From Synechococcus sp. A15-24 (GTDB lineage Bacteria; Cyanobacteriota; Cyanobacteriia; PCC-6307; Cyanobiaceae): DNA of 32,000 bases. The stretch spans positions 270,001-302,000 of the forward strand of contig NZ_CP047960.1 in the NCBI RefSeq assembly GCF_014280195.1, given 5' to 3'. The position numbers were made by a program, and so were the translations under genes. Below the pieces are notes generated by a model. That model worked only from the letters and a program-made list of their open reading frames with translations, was not told the DNA's origin and searched no databases. Below are positions 16,414 to 25,530 of this stretch, one piece after another (positions within the stretch are counted from its first letter, which is position 1; the number at the start of each line of letters is the position of its first letter).

Positions 16414-17889
16414 ATGGGTGCCACCCCGCCTGCCGACAACGTTCTCACCGACCGGTTGCTGCGGAGCTGGCTGCGTTGTCGCCGCAGGGCCTGGCTGGAT
16501 CGTCATGGTGATCCAGCCTTACGGCAGTGGACGGCGCACCGCAATCTGATGCTGGACGATCAGCAACGTTGTTTTGTGGCGTTGCTGCCCCAGAAGCCCG
16601 GCCGCGGTGAGGCGGCCTGTGCCGAGGGCGCGGATGGCGTTGTTGGACTGCGGTTCAAAGGGAAGGGCCCTGGAGGGGAAGCCCTGGAGGCCCATCCCCC
16701 GCTGCTGATGCGGGTGAGCGGTCGCAGCCGCTGGGGAGATTTCGCCTACCAGCCGGTGCTGGCTCGCCAGGGTCGACGCATGACGCGGGAACATCAGCTT
16801 CCTCTGGCGCTGATGGCGCTGCTGCTGGAGCAGGAGCAGCAGGCGCCGGTGACGGAGATGCTCGTGGTCGGTGGGGGTGGCCGCCGACTTGAGCGGGATC
16901 GGGTTGGTTTGTCCGCCGGACTCCGCAAGCAACTGGCGGATGCGTTGCGCAAGCTGAGGCTGGATCTGCAGCGGGAGGAGCCGCCTGATCTGGCAGCGGA
17001 TCGCCGTAAGTGCACCCTTTGCAGTTGGCGCCAGGTCTGCAATGGCGTCGCAGCTAGCGAGGGTCACCTCAGCGAAGTGAGCGGTATCGGGGCCAAGCGT
17101 CGGGAGATGCTCCAGGAGCTCAACATCCGCGGTCTGGCTGATCTGGCTGCTGCCGATCGGGAGCAGTTGGCCACGGCCATGGAACGCTTCGGGGAACAGC
17201 ACGGTGACGTCGCCCGCACCCTGGTGGCCCAGGCCCGATGCCAGCGCAGCGGCAAGCCGGAACGGCTCAGCAGCACGCCGGCTCTGCCGGAACTGATTCC
17301 TGCCCCGGGGGTGCTGCTGTACGACATCGAGTCAGATCCGGACGCTCGCCATGACTTCCTGCATGGGTTCTGGAGTCTGCCCCGCGGCAGTGATGGACGT
17401 TGGGATCTGGCTGCTGCGCGTTATCAGCCGCTGATGGTGTTGGAGGAACACGGTGAGCCCCGCTGCTGGCAGCGCATCGCGCGTTACATCAGTCGATACG
17501 ACGACTGGCCGGTGCTCCACTACGGCGAAACCGAATCTCTGGCACTGCTGCGCATGGCGCAACGGCAAGGCGTATCAGAGCAGGAGCAGGCTCGGTTGCG
17601 GCGGCGATTGGTCGATGTTCATGCCCGAATTCGCCAGAACTGGCGCCTTCCTCTCAATAGCTATGGCCTGAAGTCTGTGGCCTCCTGGCGTGGTTTTCAG
17701 TGGGGCCAGAGCGGTGTGGATGGGGCCCATGCCCTGCTGTGGTGGCGCCATTGGCAGGGGGAGGGACCGGAGCGACGCGGCAGTTCCCATGCCCTGCTTT
17801 GGATCTTTCAGTACAACCGGGATGATTGCCGTGCCACCTGGGCCGTCGCCGATTGGCTTCGCCATCAGGATCAGGCTGGCGGCTCCTGA
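16414..17889 (+). CDS. TM0106-family RecB-like nuclease
   Basis: It has a Cas4/AddB-type cysteine set (WLRC...KCTLCSWRQVC), a central helix-hairpin-helix-like stretch (SGIGAKRREMLQELNIRGLADLA), and a C-terminal RNase-H/DEDD-like block (LLYDIESDP...HYGETE). Confidence 0.7.
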   Translation: MGATPPADNVLTDRLLRSWLRCRRRAWLDRHGDPALRQWTAHRNLMLDDQQRCFVALLPQKPGRGEAACAEGADGVVGLRFKGKGPGGEALEAHPPLLMRVSGRSRWGDFAYQPVLARQGRRMTREHQLPLALMALLLEQEQQAPVTEMLVVGGGGRRLERDRVGLSAGLRKQLADALRKLRLDLQREEPPDLAADRRKCTLCSWRQVCNGVAASEGHLSEVSGIGAKRREMLQELNIRGLADLAAADREQLATAMERFGEQHGDVARTLVAQARCQRSGKPERLSSTPALPELIPAPGVLLYDIESDPDARHDFLHGFWSLPRGSDGRWDLAAARYQPLMVLEEHGEPRCWQRIARYISRYDDWPVLHYGETESLALLRMAQRQGVSEQEQARLRRRLVDVHARIRQNWRLPLNSYGLKSVASWRGFQWGQSGVDGAHALLWWRHWQGEGPERRGSSHALLWIFQYNRDDCRATWAVADWLRHQDQAGGS

Positions 17890-18668
17890 AAGGCTGCCGG
17901 CTCTGCGAGCTGTACGGTCTGGCCGGTCGGCCCCTCCACGGAGGAGTGATCAAGAAACTGGCGACGCACCAGAGCCAGCCCCAGCGCGGCTCCCGGGTGT
18001 GAAAGGGCACTGGTGATGGTGCCGGCCCGGTCGGACCCGACGTTGAGCTGATCACCGGGTTGCAGGGGCTGGTCGCTGCGCCAGCAACGCAGTTGCTGCT
18101 TCACCCCTCCCTTGCCAGTGAGTTTCGCCATCGTTTCCTGACCCAGATAACAACCTTTGTCGAGGCTGATCCGCCCTGATAAGCCCAATTCAAGGGGGTT
18201 GGTTTCACCGTTCATCTCTGCTGGGCCAGGCGGGAATCCCTGTTGCAGGCGATGGCGTTCCAGCGCATCGCTCTCCAGTTGGGTGGACGCGTTGAGCTCC
18301 GCGGGCAACGGCTGGTCCTTGTCGAGCCACAACGCCGGACCCACAGGGTCAAGTCCTTGCACACGCCGCTGACGACGCGATGCATTCAGCCGGACCCGAT
18401 CGGCGGGAAAAATCACCTGATCGAAGCCGCCTCTGACGGATTCCACATCGCCAGCCAGCACGAGAACATCAGCACCGGTGGCATCAAGTCTTAGTTCCAG
18501 CAGAGCGCGAAGCCGGCCCGTGGCCGTGAGCCAGCAACTTTGCTGAAGTTCTCCGTCAACGAGGCCGGAGAGATCAGCTGTTGTCTGCCCTTGCAGAAAA
18601 TCCCTGGCACCCTTGCCCTCCAGTCGCAGCAGGGGAAAGGCGTCATCCCAGTGGATGGTGGTCGTCAT
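17871..18668 (-). CDS. ygfZ: Folate-binding YgfZ/GcvT-like protein
   Basis: The KGCYLGQE motif appears in the C-terminal half of a GcvT-like fold. The ATG overlaps the pyrE stop (ATGA). Confidence 0.8.
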   Translation of the reverse strand: MTTTIHWDDAFPLLRLEGKGARDFLQGQTTADLSGLVDGELQQSCWLTATGRLRALLELRLDATGADVLVLAGDVESVRGGFDQVIFPADRVRLNASRRQRRVQGLDPVGPALWLDKDQPLPAELNASTQLESDALERHRLQQGFPPGPAEMNGETNPLELGLSGRISLDKGCYLGQETMAKLTGKGGVKQQLRCWRSDQPLQPGDQLNVGSDRAGTITSALSHPGAALGLALVRRQFLDHSSVEGPTGQTVQLAEPAAFQEPPA

Positions 18669-19249
18669 CGGTTGAGCTCCTCGGCGGCGCTGGACACCTC
18701 CGACAGGCGGAACAGGCTCACCAATTCCAGGTTCGCAGCAGCCACGGCTGTGGCTCCTCCCTCCTCACGGTCCACGATCGTGATGACCCGTTTGACCACG
18801 TAGCCGGCCTTTCGCAGTTGATGAACTGCTTTCAACGATGAGCCACCGGTGGTGACCACGTCCTCCAGAACGGTGATCAATGCGCCCTTCAGTGGCAATG
18901 GCCCTTCCAGCCAAGCGCCGGTGCCATGCCCCTTGGCTTGTTTCCGAACGATCAAGGCGTTCAGGGGGCGCTCGACCAGCGCCGCCGCCATCGCGACTCC
19001 ACTGACCAGCGGATCAGCGCCCAGGGTCAGTCCTGCGACGGCAACGGCCTGAGCGTCGAGATGATCGAGCATGGCGCTGCTGATCAGAGCCAGACCGGAT
19101 CCGCTCAAGCTGACCGGTTTGCAATTCACGTAGTGCTCGCTCTCCCGTCCGGAGGCCAGCGTGAACTGACCACGGCGGTAGGCCTCCCGCGCCAGACGCT
19201 TCAACAGGATGCGTCTGGCGTCGTGGTCGTAGCGGAACGCTGAGGTCAT
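18665..19249 (-). CDS. pyrE: Orotate phosphoribosyltransferase
   Basis: It has the PRPP-binding loop [11 protein letters not shown] and [17 protein letters not shown] prefer ATG 19249 to GTG 19264. Confidence 0.92.
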   Translation of the reverse strand: MTSAFRYDHDARRILLKRLAREAYRRGQFTLASGRESEHYVNCKPVSLSGSGLALISSAMLDHLDAQAVAVAGLTLGADPLVSGVAMAAALVERPLNALIVRKQAKGHGTGAWLEGPLPLKGALITVLEDVVTTGGSSLKAVHQLRKAGYVVKRVITIVDREEGGATAVAAANLELVSLFRLSEVSSAAEELNR

Positions 19250-19408
19250 GGACTGGCCGCGCACACGAACAGTTCTTAGTTTGCGCTTAGCCGTGTTGAG
19301 CTCTTGGGATCCACAACACAGTTGTCTGCGCCTTGGCGGCTCGGCCTGCTTGTGGTCGGCGTTGCCACAGGCTTAGGGCCCGTTGTTGCGGCAGGCCCTG
19401 TGATGTGA

Positions 19409-19845
19409 ACAACAACGCTGGAGGCTCCTGAGCTGTCGTCTGCAGCCACCGAGCCCGTGGAGGTCACCACCTGCGCTCCGGTGGAGACCACCAGTGAGCT
19501 GGTGGAGCGTCGCCTCTACACCTGGACCGCTTCTTACGAACGGGGTGTTGATCTGGTGCATCAGACACCGATCTGTTCGGGATCGCCGTCGCAGGTGAGG
19601 GGGGTACCCAGCTGATGGGCCTGGGGCTCCCGGATCAGACCATCATCTGGGATGCCGTGGCGACCAGCTCCACCACCCGGGCGCTGCTGGAGGAGCAGAG
19701 CTCAGCACTGCCATTGAGAACTCAGGATCTGGCCAACGGTTTCGACAGCAGCCTTGCGTTGGAGAGCATCGGTTCGGAGCAGACCCTGCAGTCCAAACCG
19801 GAATTTTTGGAGATCGACAACGCAGCCCTTCAACCCCTGTGGTAA
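19409..19845 (+). pseudogene. Disrupted hypothetical ORF (two coding-like frames joined by a frameshift near 19552-19612)
   Basis: Frame 2 reads ...TTCAPVETTSELVERRLYTWTASYERGVDLVHQ and stops at 19613. Frame 1 is open from 19552 and reads SDTDLFGIAVAGEGGTQLMGLGLPDQTIIWDAV...LQPLW*. Both segments have GC-rich third positions. A TM/signal-like stretch upstream is cut off by an in-frame TGA at 19406. Confidence 0.4.
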
Positions 19846-19860
19846 CAATCGTGTTGACCT

Positions 19861-19933
19861 GGGGGTCTAGCAATCTGGTGAATGCAGCGAACTCATAATT
19901 CGCCTAAGGCGAGTTCGATCCTCGCGACCCCCA
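19861..19933 (+). tRNA. tRNA with CAU anticodon (elongator tRNA-Met, or tRNA-Ile2 if the C is lysidinylated)
   Basis: The cloverleaf reads GGGGGTC / TA / GCAA-TCTGGTGA-ATGC / A / GCGAA-CTCATAA-TTCGC / CTAAG / GCGAG-TTCGATC-CTCGC / GACCCCC-A. It is 73 nt, and CCA is not encoded. Confidence 0.9.
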
Positions 19934-19946
19934 TTTCTTTCGACTG

Positions 19947-21230
19947 ATGCGGTTGCCACTGCTGGCCCTGCTTCTGCTGCTGCCGGCTTTCTTCGCTGCC
20001 GCTGAAGTCGCTCTTCTGCGACTGCGCCCCAGCCGCGTTGATGTCCTCGTGGAGGAGGGCAAGGCTGGTGCAGCCTCGATTCATCGGCTGCAGCGGCGGT
20101 TGCGCCGAGCCCTGATGCTGTCTCAGTTCGGAGCGACATTGGCCCTAGTGGCCCTGGGGTGGGCTGGTCGCGGTCTTGGCCAGCGTCTCTGGCCCGATGG
20201 CACCGCAGGGGTGGTTTGGTGGGATGTCGCTCTGTTTCTGGGGCTTGTGCTGCTGGCGACCCTGCTGGCTGGATTGCTGCCCAAGGCCTGGGTGCTCAGT
20301 CGTCCGGAACCCGCCGCTCTGCGCCTGGCACCTCTGCTGGAGATGGCGATGCGCTGCCTGTCGCCGCTGCTAAACCTGCTTGAGGGCCTGGCTGCCGTCT
20401 TGCTGCGGCTTGTGGGCCTGGCGCCGAAGTGGGATGAACTGGTGCCGGCCCTCTCCGCCGGCGAGCTGGAAACCCTGGTGGAATCTGGGCGCGTCACCGG
20501 CTTGTTCCCAGATGAGCGCAACATCCTCGAGGGGGTGTTTGCCTTGCGCGACACCCAGGTCCGCGAAGTGATGGTGCCCAGGTCCGGGATGGTGACGTTG
20601 TCGGTGGATGTCCGCTTTGCCGAGATGATGGAGGCCGTGCATCACACACGTCACGCCCGATTCCCAGTGATCGGGCAGTCTCTCGATGACGTGCGCGGCG
20701 TCCTGGATCTGCGGAGGATGGCCGAACCGATCGCCCGAGGCGAGCTGCAGGCGGACTCTCCACTGGAGCCCTACCTTCAGCCAGCAGTGCGCGTTCTGGA
20801 GACAAGCACCCTGGCGGAGCTGCTGCCGATGATCCGCAGCGGCCAGCCACTGCTGCTGGTGGTCGACGAACACGGCGGCACGGAGGGCTTGGTGACGGCG
20901 GCGGATCTCACCGGGGAAATTGTGGGAGATGAGCTGCAGGAAGACCCCAAGGAGCCTGAGCTCCTGCAGGACGACGACCAACCGGGGGCTTGGTTGGCGG
21001 CTGGCGATCTTGAAATCTTTGAACTGAACCGGCAGCTAGAGCTTGACCTGCCGGAAGCCGATGATCACCACACCCTGGCTGGGTTCCTGCTGGAACGCTT
21101 GCAGCACATTCCCGCCCCTGGAGAGGCCCTGCGTTTCAACGGCGTGCAGTTTGAGATCACCGCCATGGCCGGACCCCGGATTGAACGGGTGCGACTGGTG
21201 CTCCCGGATGCGTCCGAAGCAGTGGACTGA
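19947..21230 (+). CDS. CNNM/CorC/HlyC-family membrane protein (DUF21 + CBS pair + CorC_HlyC domain)
   Basis: It has an N-terminal TM domain with AEVALLRLRPSRV, a CBS region (VREVMVPRS...HARFPVIG...LLLVVDEHGGTEGLVTAADL), and a C-terminal HTLAGFLLERLQHIPAPGE...FEI. Confidence 0.88.
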   Translation: MRLPLLALLLLLPAFFAAAEVALLRLRPSRVDVLVEEGKAGAASIHRLQRRLRRALMLSQFGATLALVALGWAGRGLGQRLWPDGTAGVVWWDVALFLGLVLLATLLAGLLPKAWVLSRPEPAALRLAPLLEMAMRCLSPLLNLLEGLAAVLLRLVGLAPKWDELVPALSAGELETLVESGRVTGLFPDERNILEGVFALRDTQVREVMVPRSGMVTLSVDVRFAEMMEAVHHTRHARFPVIGQSLDDVRGVLDLRRMAEPIARGELQADSPLEPYLQPAVRVLETSTLAELLPMIRSGQPLLLVVDEHGGTEGLVTAADLTGEIVGDELQEDPKEPELLQDDDQPGAWLAAGDLEIFELNRQLELDLPEADDHHTLAGFLLERLQHIPAPGEALRFNGVQFEITAMAGPRIERVRLVLPDASEAVD

Positions 21231-21267
21231 AGCCGGATAACCTGCCCGCAATCACCCCGGCTTGTCG

Positions 21268-22275
21268 ATGTCTCCCGACCCCATGCGTCCGGTCAAGGTC
21301 GGGGTCATCGGCATTGGAAACATGGGCTGGCATCACGCCAGGGTGCTGAGCCTCCTGAAAGATGCTGATCTTGTGGGTGTGGCTGATCCCGATGGCGATC
21401 GCGGTGCCCTGGCGGTGGAGCAATTCGGCTGCCGTTGGTTCGCTGACTACCGCACGATGCTCAGCGAGGTGGAGGCCGTTTGCATTGCCGTGCCGACCCT
21501 GCTGCACCATCCAGTCGGCCTGGCCTGCCTGGAAGCCGGTCTGCATGTGTTGATCGAGAAGCCGATCGCTGCCAGTCAGGACGAAGCAACGGCACTGATC
21601 AGTGCTGCAAACGACGCCGGCCGTCTGCTGCAGGTGGGTCACATCGAGCGCTTCAACCCCGCCTTCCGTGAGCTCACGAAAGTGGTGGCCAATGAGGAGG
21701 TGGTGGTCCTGGAGGGGCGGCGCCACAGCCCCCATGCGGACCGAGCCAACGATGTGTCAGTGGTGCTGGATCTGATGATTCACGACATCGACTTGGTGCT
21801 GGAACTGGCTCAGGCGCCGGTGGTGCGGCTCGCCGCCGCCGGAGGTCGCAGTGCCGATGGACCGATCGATTACGTCAACGCGACCCTCGGGTTTGCGAAC
21901 GGTGTGGTGGCCAGTCTCACGGCCAGCAAGATGAGCCACCGCAAGATCCGCAGCCTCAGTGCGCACTGCCGTTCCAGCTTGGTCGAGACCGATTTCCTGA
22001 ATCACACCCTGCATATCCACCGCCGCGCCCACGAGTGGTATTCCGCCGATCACGGTGAGTTGCTTTACAGAAACGATGGCTTTATCGAGGAGGTCAGCAC
22101 CACGTCGATCGAACCTCTCTACGCCGAGCTCGAGCATTTTCTGCAGTGTGTCCGTGGCCGTGAAACGCCCGCTGTTGACGGCCTGCAGGCCTCCAGAGCA
22201 CTGCGTTTGGCCGATCTGATCGAGCAGGCGGTGGAACATCCCGACATGGGTGTCCCCCTCACCGATCCGATCTAG
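21268..22275 (+). CDS. Gfo/Idh/MocA-family NAD(P)-dependent oxidoreductase
   Basis: It has the Rossmann N-terminus VKVGVIGIGNMGWHHARVL and the EKPIA motif. The start could be ATG 21268 or 21283. Confidence 0.85.
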   Translation: MSPDPMRPVKVGVIGIGNMGWHHARVLSLLKDADLVGVADPDGDRGALAVEQFGCRWFADYRTMLSEVEAVCIAVPTLLHHPVGLACLEAGLHVLIEKPIAASQDEATALISAANDAGRLLQVGHIERFNPAFRELTKVVANEEVVVLEGRRHSPHADRANDVSVVLDLMIHDIDLVLELAQAPVVRLAAAGGRSADGPIDYVNATLGFANGVVASLTASKMSHRKIRSLSAHCRSSLVETDFLNHTLHIHRRAHEWYSADHGELLYRNDGFIEEVSTTSIEPLYAELEHFLQCVRGRETPAVDGLQASRALRLADLIEQAVEHPDMGVPLTDPI

Positions 22276-22293
22276 CGACGCGGACGGCGCCCG

Positions 22294-25200
22294 TCAGACC
22301 AGCCCTTCCTGTTCAGCCAGTTCCCGCAGAGCCGCCACCTGCCAGCGGCGGCAGTCACCAGGAGATGCGGCATAGAACTGCCCCCAGGCTCGGGCTTTGT
22401 GCTGGCTATAGCTGGCGGCGCTCAGCGAGGGATGCGTCTGTTGCCAGCCCACACGCACGGAGTGGCCAATCACCACATCCAACGCCAGGTCGTCATCGAA
22501 GTGCACCTCCGGGTTGGCTTCCACGAAGGCCATCAGAGACAAGAGGCACTCCGTACAGAGCTGTCGATATTCCGGCGCCTGGATTCGGCTGAGCAGATGC
22601 TCCACCAACGTGGCGAAGTTCTTTTCCCCCGCAGTTTTCTCGAGGATCAGGCGGCTGTTCAGTCGATTGCGGCGTTCCAGCTTGTCGCCGACCACCAGGC
22701 CGCGGCAGTGGTGCAACAACGACCAGATGCCGGCATAAAAATCCCTGGGCACCTTCTGCAGTGAACCAAGACGGATGCGGTGCTGCAGCCAGTCGCCGCC
22801 GCTGGGGGGCTGGTCAATGGGATCCGGCACCTTCCACTGCACCCGGCCGGTGACATGCAGCTGCTCACCGCGCTGCAGGGCAGCCCTGGCATGTTCAACA
22901 TCGCTGAGGAGTTGTCGCAGCCGATCCCGGATCCGATGCGGTGAGCTGCTGCACAACGCTTCAAAGGCCTCGTCCTGGCTGAGCTGATCCTCTGCCGCCA
23001 GTTCAGAGGTGAGCAGCAGCAGCAGTTGACTGAGCTGCAGGGTGAGGATCCCTTTCAGCAGCCCGGGATCGCGCCGGGCCACGCCGTCCAGGGCCAGCAG
23101 CAGCTCCTGCTCAAGCATCCGCTCGCGTCCGTCCACCCCGCTGGTGCGTGCGATCCGTTCGGCGATGGCGCTGCTGTCTAGGGGGTGGCTGAGCCGTGCA
23201 TCAGCGGTGTAGTTGCGGCCCACGACCACCTGTTTCTGACGCACCAGCAGATCGGTCAGGGCATCCTCCAGTTGGGGATGGACCATGCCCATCGCACCGG
23301 CGCAGCGCCGCACCACACTCCAGTCCTGGCAGCGCAGTCCGCGGTGGTACACCTCCTCCAGCAACTGCTGAATCGTCACGCTGCGGCCGTGCGGACTGGT
23401 TTCAAGGGCCTTGGCTCCGAAGCGGCGTTGCAGCAGGTCCAGAACGTCGGCCTGTTCATGCAGCGACTGGGTGTTCCACAACCTCCTCCGCAGGACGTCC
23501 GCGTCGGTTTCGTCGAGCTCCTGTTCTTCAGCGGCCGTGAGATCGCGGAGGTCGGTGGCGTCCTGTAGCAGAGAGGATCGGCTCGGCTCCAGGGCCGTCG
23601 GCTCAGTGTCGGCCCCCCCCTCTCGCAGGGTCACCCAACTGGCCTGAATGGCCAGCTGTTTCAGTTGGTCGAACTGCACAGGGATGTCCCCGATGCGGCC
23701 GCTGAGCAGCGTTTGTCCCAGCTGCAGGAACACCTCGGGATGATGCTGGAAGGATTCATCGCTGACGGGGATCAACAGCAGCGGCAGCCCGGGACCACGC
23801 CAGTGACGCTTCAACAGATGGAGTTCATCCACCACGCTGTCCTCCAACTGAAGCGGGTCATCGGCCAGGTAGCTGATGCCGTCCTCCAGCACCGCCGTCG
23901 TGAAGGCCAGGGTCTGTTCCCCCAGGCGGTACAGCCGTGCGGTGTCTTCGGTTTCGGTGCGCTGCACCGGTTTGCCACTCAGGCCGAGCCTCGGATTGGC
24001 CCCGATAGAGCTCCACCGGGTTGCCAGGGCATCCGAGGGCTGGATTGTGATCCCATCACCACTGTCCAGCGGTAGGCCGGCATCGATCAGGGCCTGCCTG
24101 ACGAAGGTTGTCTCTGCAGCGAAGGCCACCAGCACGGCATCAGCTCCGAGCGCCATGGCCTGTCGCCGCTCGCACGGATCAAGATCCTCTGGGGTGATCA
24201 ACCCCTCCAGCAGCATTTCGCCCAGCCAGGCCAGGCTTTGCGTCCAGATCAGGGGGAGATTGCTGTTGGCCTGGCGAGGTTGGCTGCCGGGCTGTCTCCG
24301 TTCCGCTTCGACCCGATCAGCGGCCACCTGATACAGCTCGGGGTAAAGCGCTTCCCCATCCCGATGCACGGCCAGGGTTGTCAGCTTGTCCTGCCAGGAG
24401 CGGGCATCCTGCCAGCGTTCCTCGCAGCAGGCGGTGACCAGTTCAAAGGCCAGAAACAGCGGCCATTCCGATTCGATCCCTTCGAACTGGGCGAGCTCCT
24501 CCGGTTCGTAGTGAAGACGATTGATGTCTTCCACGGCGGTTTGATGGCCATCCCGGAGAAAGCGTTTGTAGCCATAGGTGCCTCCCAGTTCCCGTCGCAC
24601 CCGGCGCAGGGTCCGCTGCAACAGGTCCTGGTTTTCGATGGCCCAGGCCGGGAAGCCCACCACCGACAGGCAAGCGCTGTCGGCTTCCTTGCTGGCGGAT
24701 TCCCGCGGCAGCAGGCTTTCGAGCGCCCGCCGCAGACGAACCACAGCTCCCTGGGGGATGAGCAGTTGGCACGTCCCATCGCCGTGGACTTCGAAGAGGT
24801 CGAGGCCTTCCAGGGCCTCCAGAGCGGCTTTCGCCATGCCGATGGAGCTGGAATTGCGTTCGGGCAAGCCGTTGTTGCCTTTGTCGCCCCGTTCCCAGAT
24901 GCCGTAATCAGGGGTTCGATACGCCCGGGCGACGTAATACACGAGGTTCTGAATGAAATCCACCTCATCCCGGCTCTGGATCACGGTGCAGCCACCGCGG
25001 GTGAGTTGAGCCAGCTGGAGCAGAAACAGGGAGGTGGCATCGAGTTGCAGATGTCCCCAGGCGTCATCCGCCACCACCGGATCACCGCTGCTGCTGTCGT
25101 ACTTCGCGTGCAGAGCGTCGAGAGGATCGAGGCTCACTTTGAAGCGCTCCACCTTCCCGGCCTGGCGGAGCATGGCTCGCAGCAACCCCCGCATCAGCGC

Positions 25201-25482
25201 GATCACCCGTTGCTCGAGCTCCCAGGCCCGCCGGTCGTGGGCTCCATGGCGGCGACGGTGGGCCATGGCCAGAGCCCAGACGCACTGCACGGAGTAGACA
25301 CAGTCCCGCACCCAGGCATCGCCGTAGTTGCCGTGAACCGTGTGGGCGGTGCTGGCGGGCAGCAAACCACTAATTGGGTCCTGGCGTTGCAGCACCACCT
25401 GCTCAATCGAATGATCGAGCCGAGCCAGGACTGAATCGCGATGATCTTGATCCTGTTGGGTCTGTGTTGCCGTCACCACCAT
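22294..25482 (-). CDS. Large GH15-domain protein resembling phosphorylase kinase alpha/beta regulatory subunits
   Basis: It has N-terminal glucoamylase-like (GH15) motifs (GNYGDAWVRDCVYSV, LQLDATSLFLLQLAQ, DYGIWERGDK), followed by about 600 aa of helical extension. The track start at 25515 is TTG, and the first ATG is at 25482. Confidence 0.7.
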   Translation of the reverse strand: MVVTATQTQQDQDHRDSVLARLDHSIEQVVLQRQDPISGLLPASTAHTVHGNYGDAWVRDCVYSVQCVWALAMAHRRRHGAHDRRAWELEQRVIALMRGLLRAMLRQAGKVERFKVSLDPLDALHAKYDSSSGDPVVADDAWGHLQLDATSLFLLQLAQLTRGGCTVIQSRDEVDFIQNLVYYVARAYRTPDYGIWERGDKGNNGLPERNSSSIGMAKAALEALEGLDLFEVHGDGTCQLLIPQGAVVRLRRALESLLPRESASKEADSACLSVVGFPAWAIENQDLLQRTLRRVRRELGGTYGYKRFLRDGHQTAVEDINRLHYEPEELAQFEGIESEWPLFLAFELVTACCEERWQDARSWQDKLTTLAVHRDGEALYPELYQVAADRVEAERRQPGSQPRQANSNLPLIWTQSLAWLGEMLLEGLITPEDLDPCERRQAMALGADAVLVAFAAETTFVRQALIDAGLPLDSGDGITIQPSDALATRWSSIGANPRLGLSGKPVQRTETEDTARLYRLGEQTLAFTTAVLEDGISYLADDPLQLEDSVVDELHLLKRHWRGPGLPLLLIPVSDESFQHHPEVFLQLGQTLLSGRIGDIPVQFDQLKQLAIQASWVTLREGGADTEPTALEPSRSSLLQDATDLRDLTAAEEQELDETDADVLRRRLWNTQSLHEQADVLDLLQRRFGAKALETSPHGRSVTIQQLLEEVYHRGLRCQDWSVVRRCAGAMGMVHPQLEDALTDLLVRQKQVVVGRNYTADARLSHPLDSSAIAERIARTSGVDGRERMLEQELLLALDGVARRDPGLLKGILTLQLSQLLLLLTSELAAEDQLSQDEAFEALCSSSPHRIRDRLRQLLSDVEHARAALQRGEQLHVTGRVQWKVPDPIDQPPSGGDWLQHRIRLGSLQKVPRDFYAGIWSLLHHCRGLVVGDKLERRNRLNSRLILEKTAGEKNFATLVEHLLSRIQAPEYRQLCTECLLSLMAFVEANPEVHFDDDLALDVVIGHSVRVGWQQTHPSLSAASYSQHKARAWGQFYAASPGDCRRWQVAALRELAEQEGLV

Positions 25483-25530
25483 GACCCGTCTTGTCGCCGC
25501 TTTTAAATTCTCCAATGCAGCCCTTCGGCG

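Noticed and set aside
19276-19561. Minus-strand ORFs of 71 and 62 aa in the pyrE-tRNA gap
   Set aside because: The translations are low-complexity and rich in Ser, Thr, Gly and Ala. The opposite strand shows a better coding signal in this interval.
19861-19933. Initiator tRNA-fMet identity for the CAU tRNA
   Set aside because: Positions 1 and 72 form a G-C pair rather than the C-A mismatch. The anticodon stem (GCGAA/TTCGC) lacks the three consecutive G-C pairs. It is therefore elongator Met or Ile2, which I cannot tell apart by eye.
24238-25434. 398-aa plus-strand ORF inside the GH15-like gene
   Set aside because: It is antisense to a continuous 1,062-1,073 codon ORF that carries family motifs. 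Its own composition is of low complexity.
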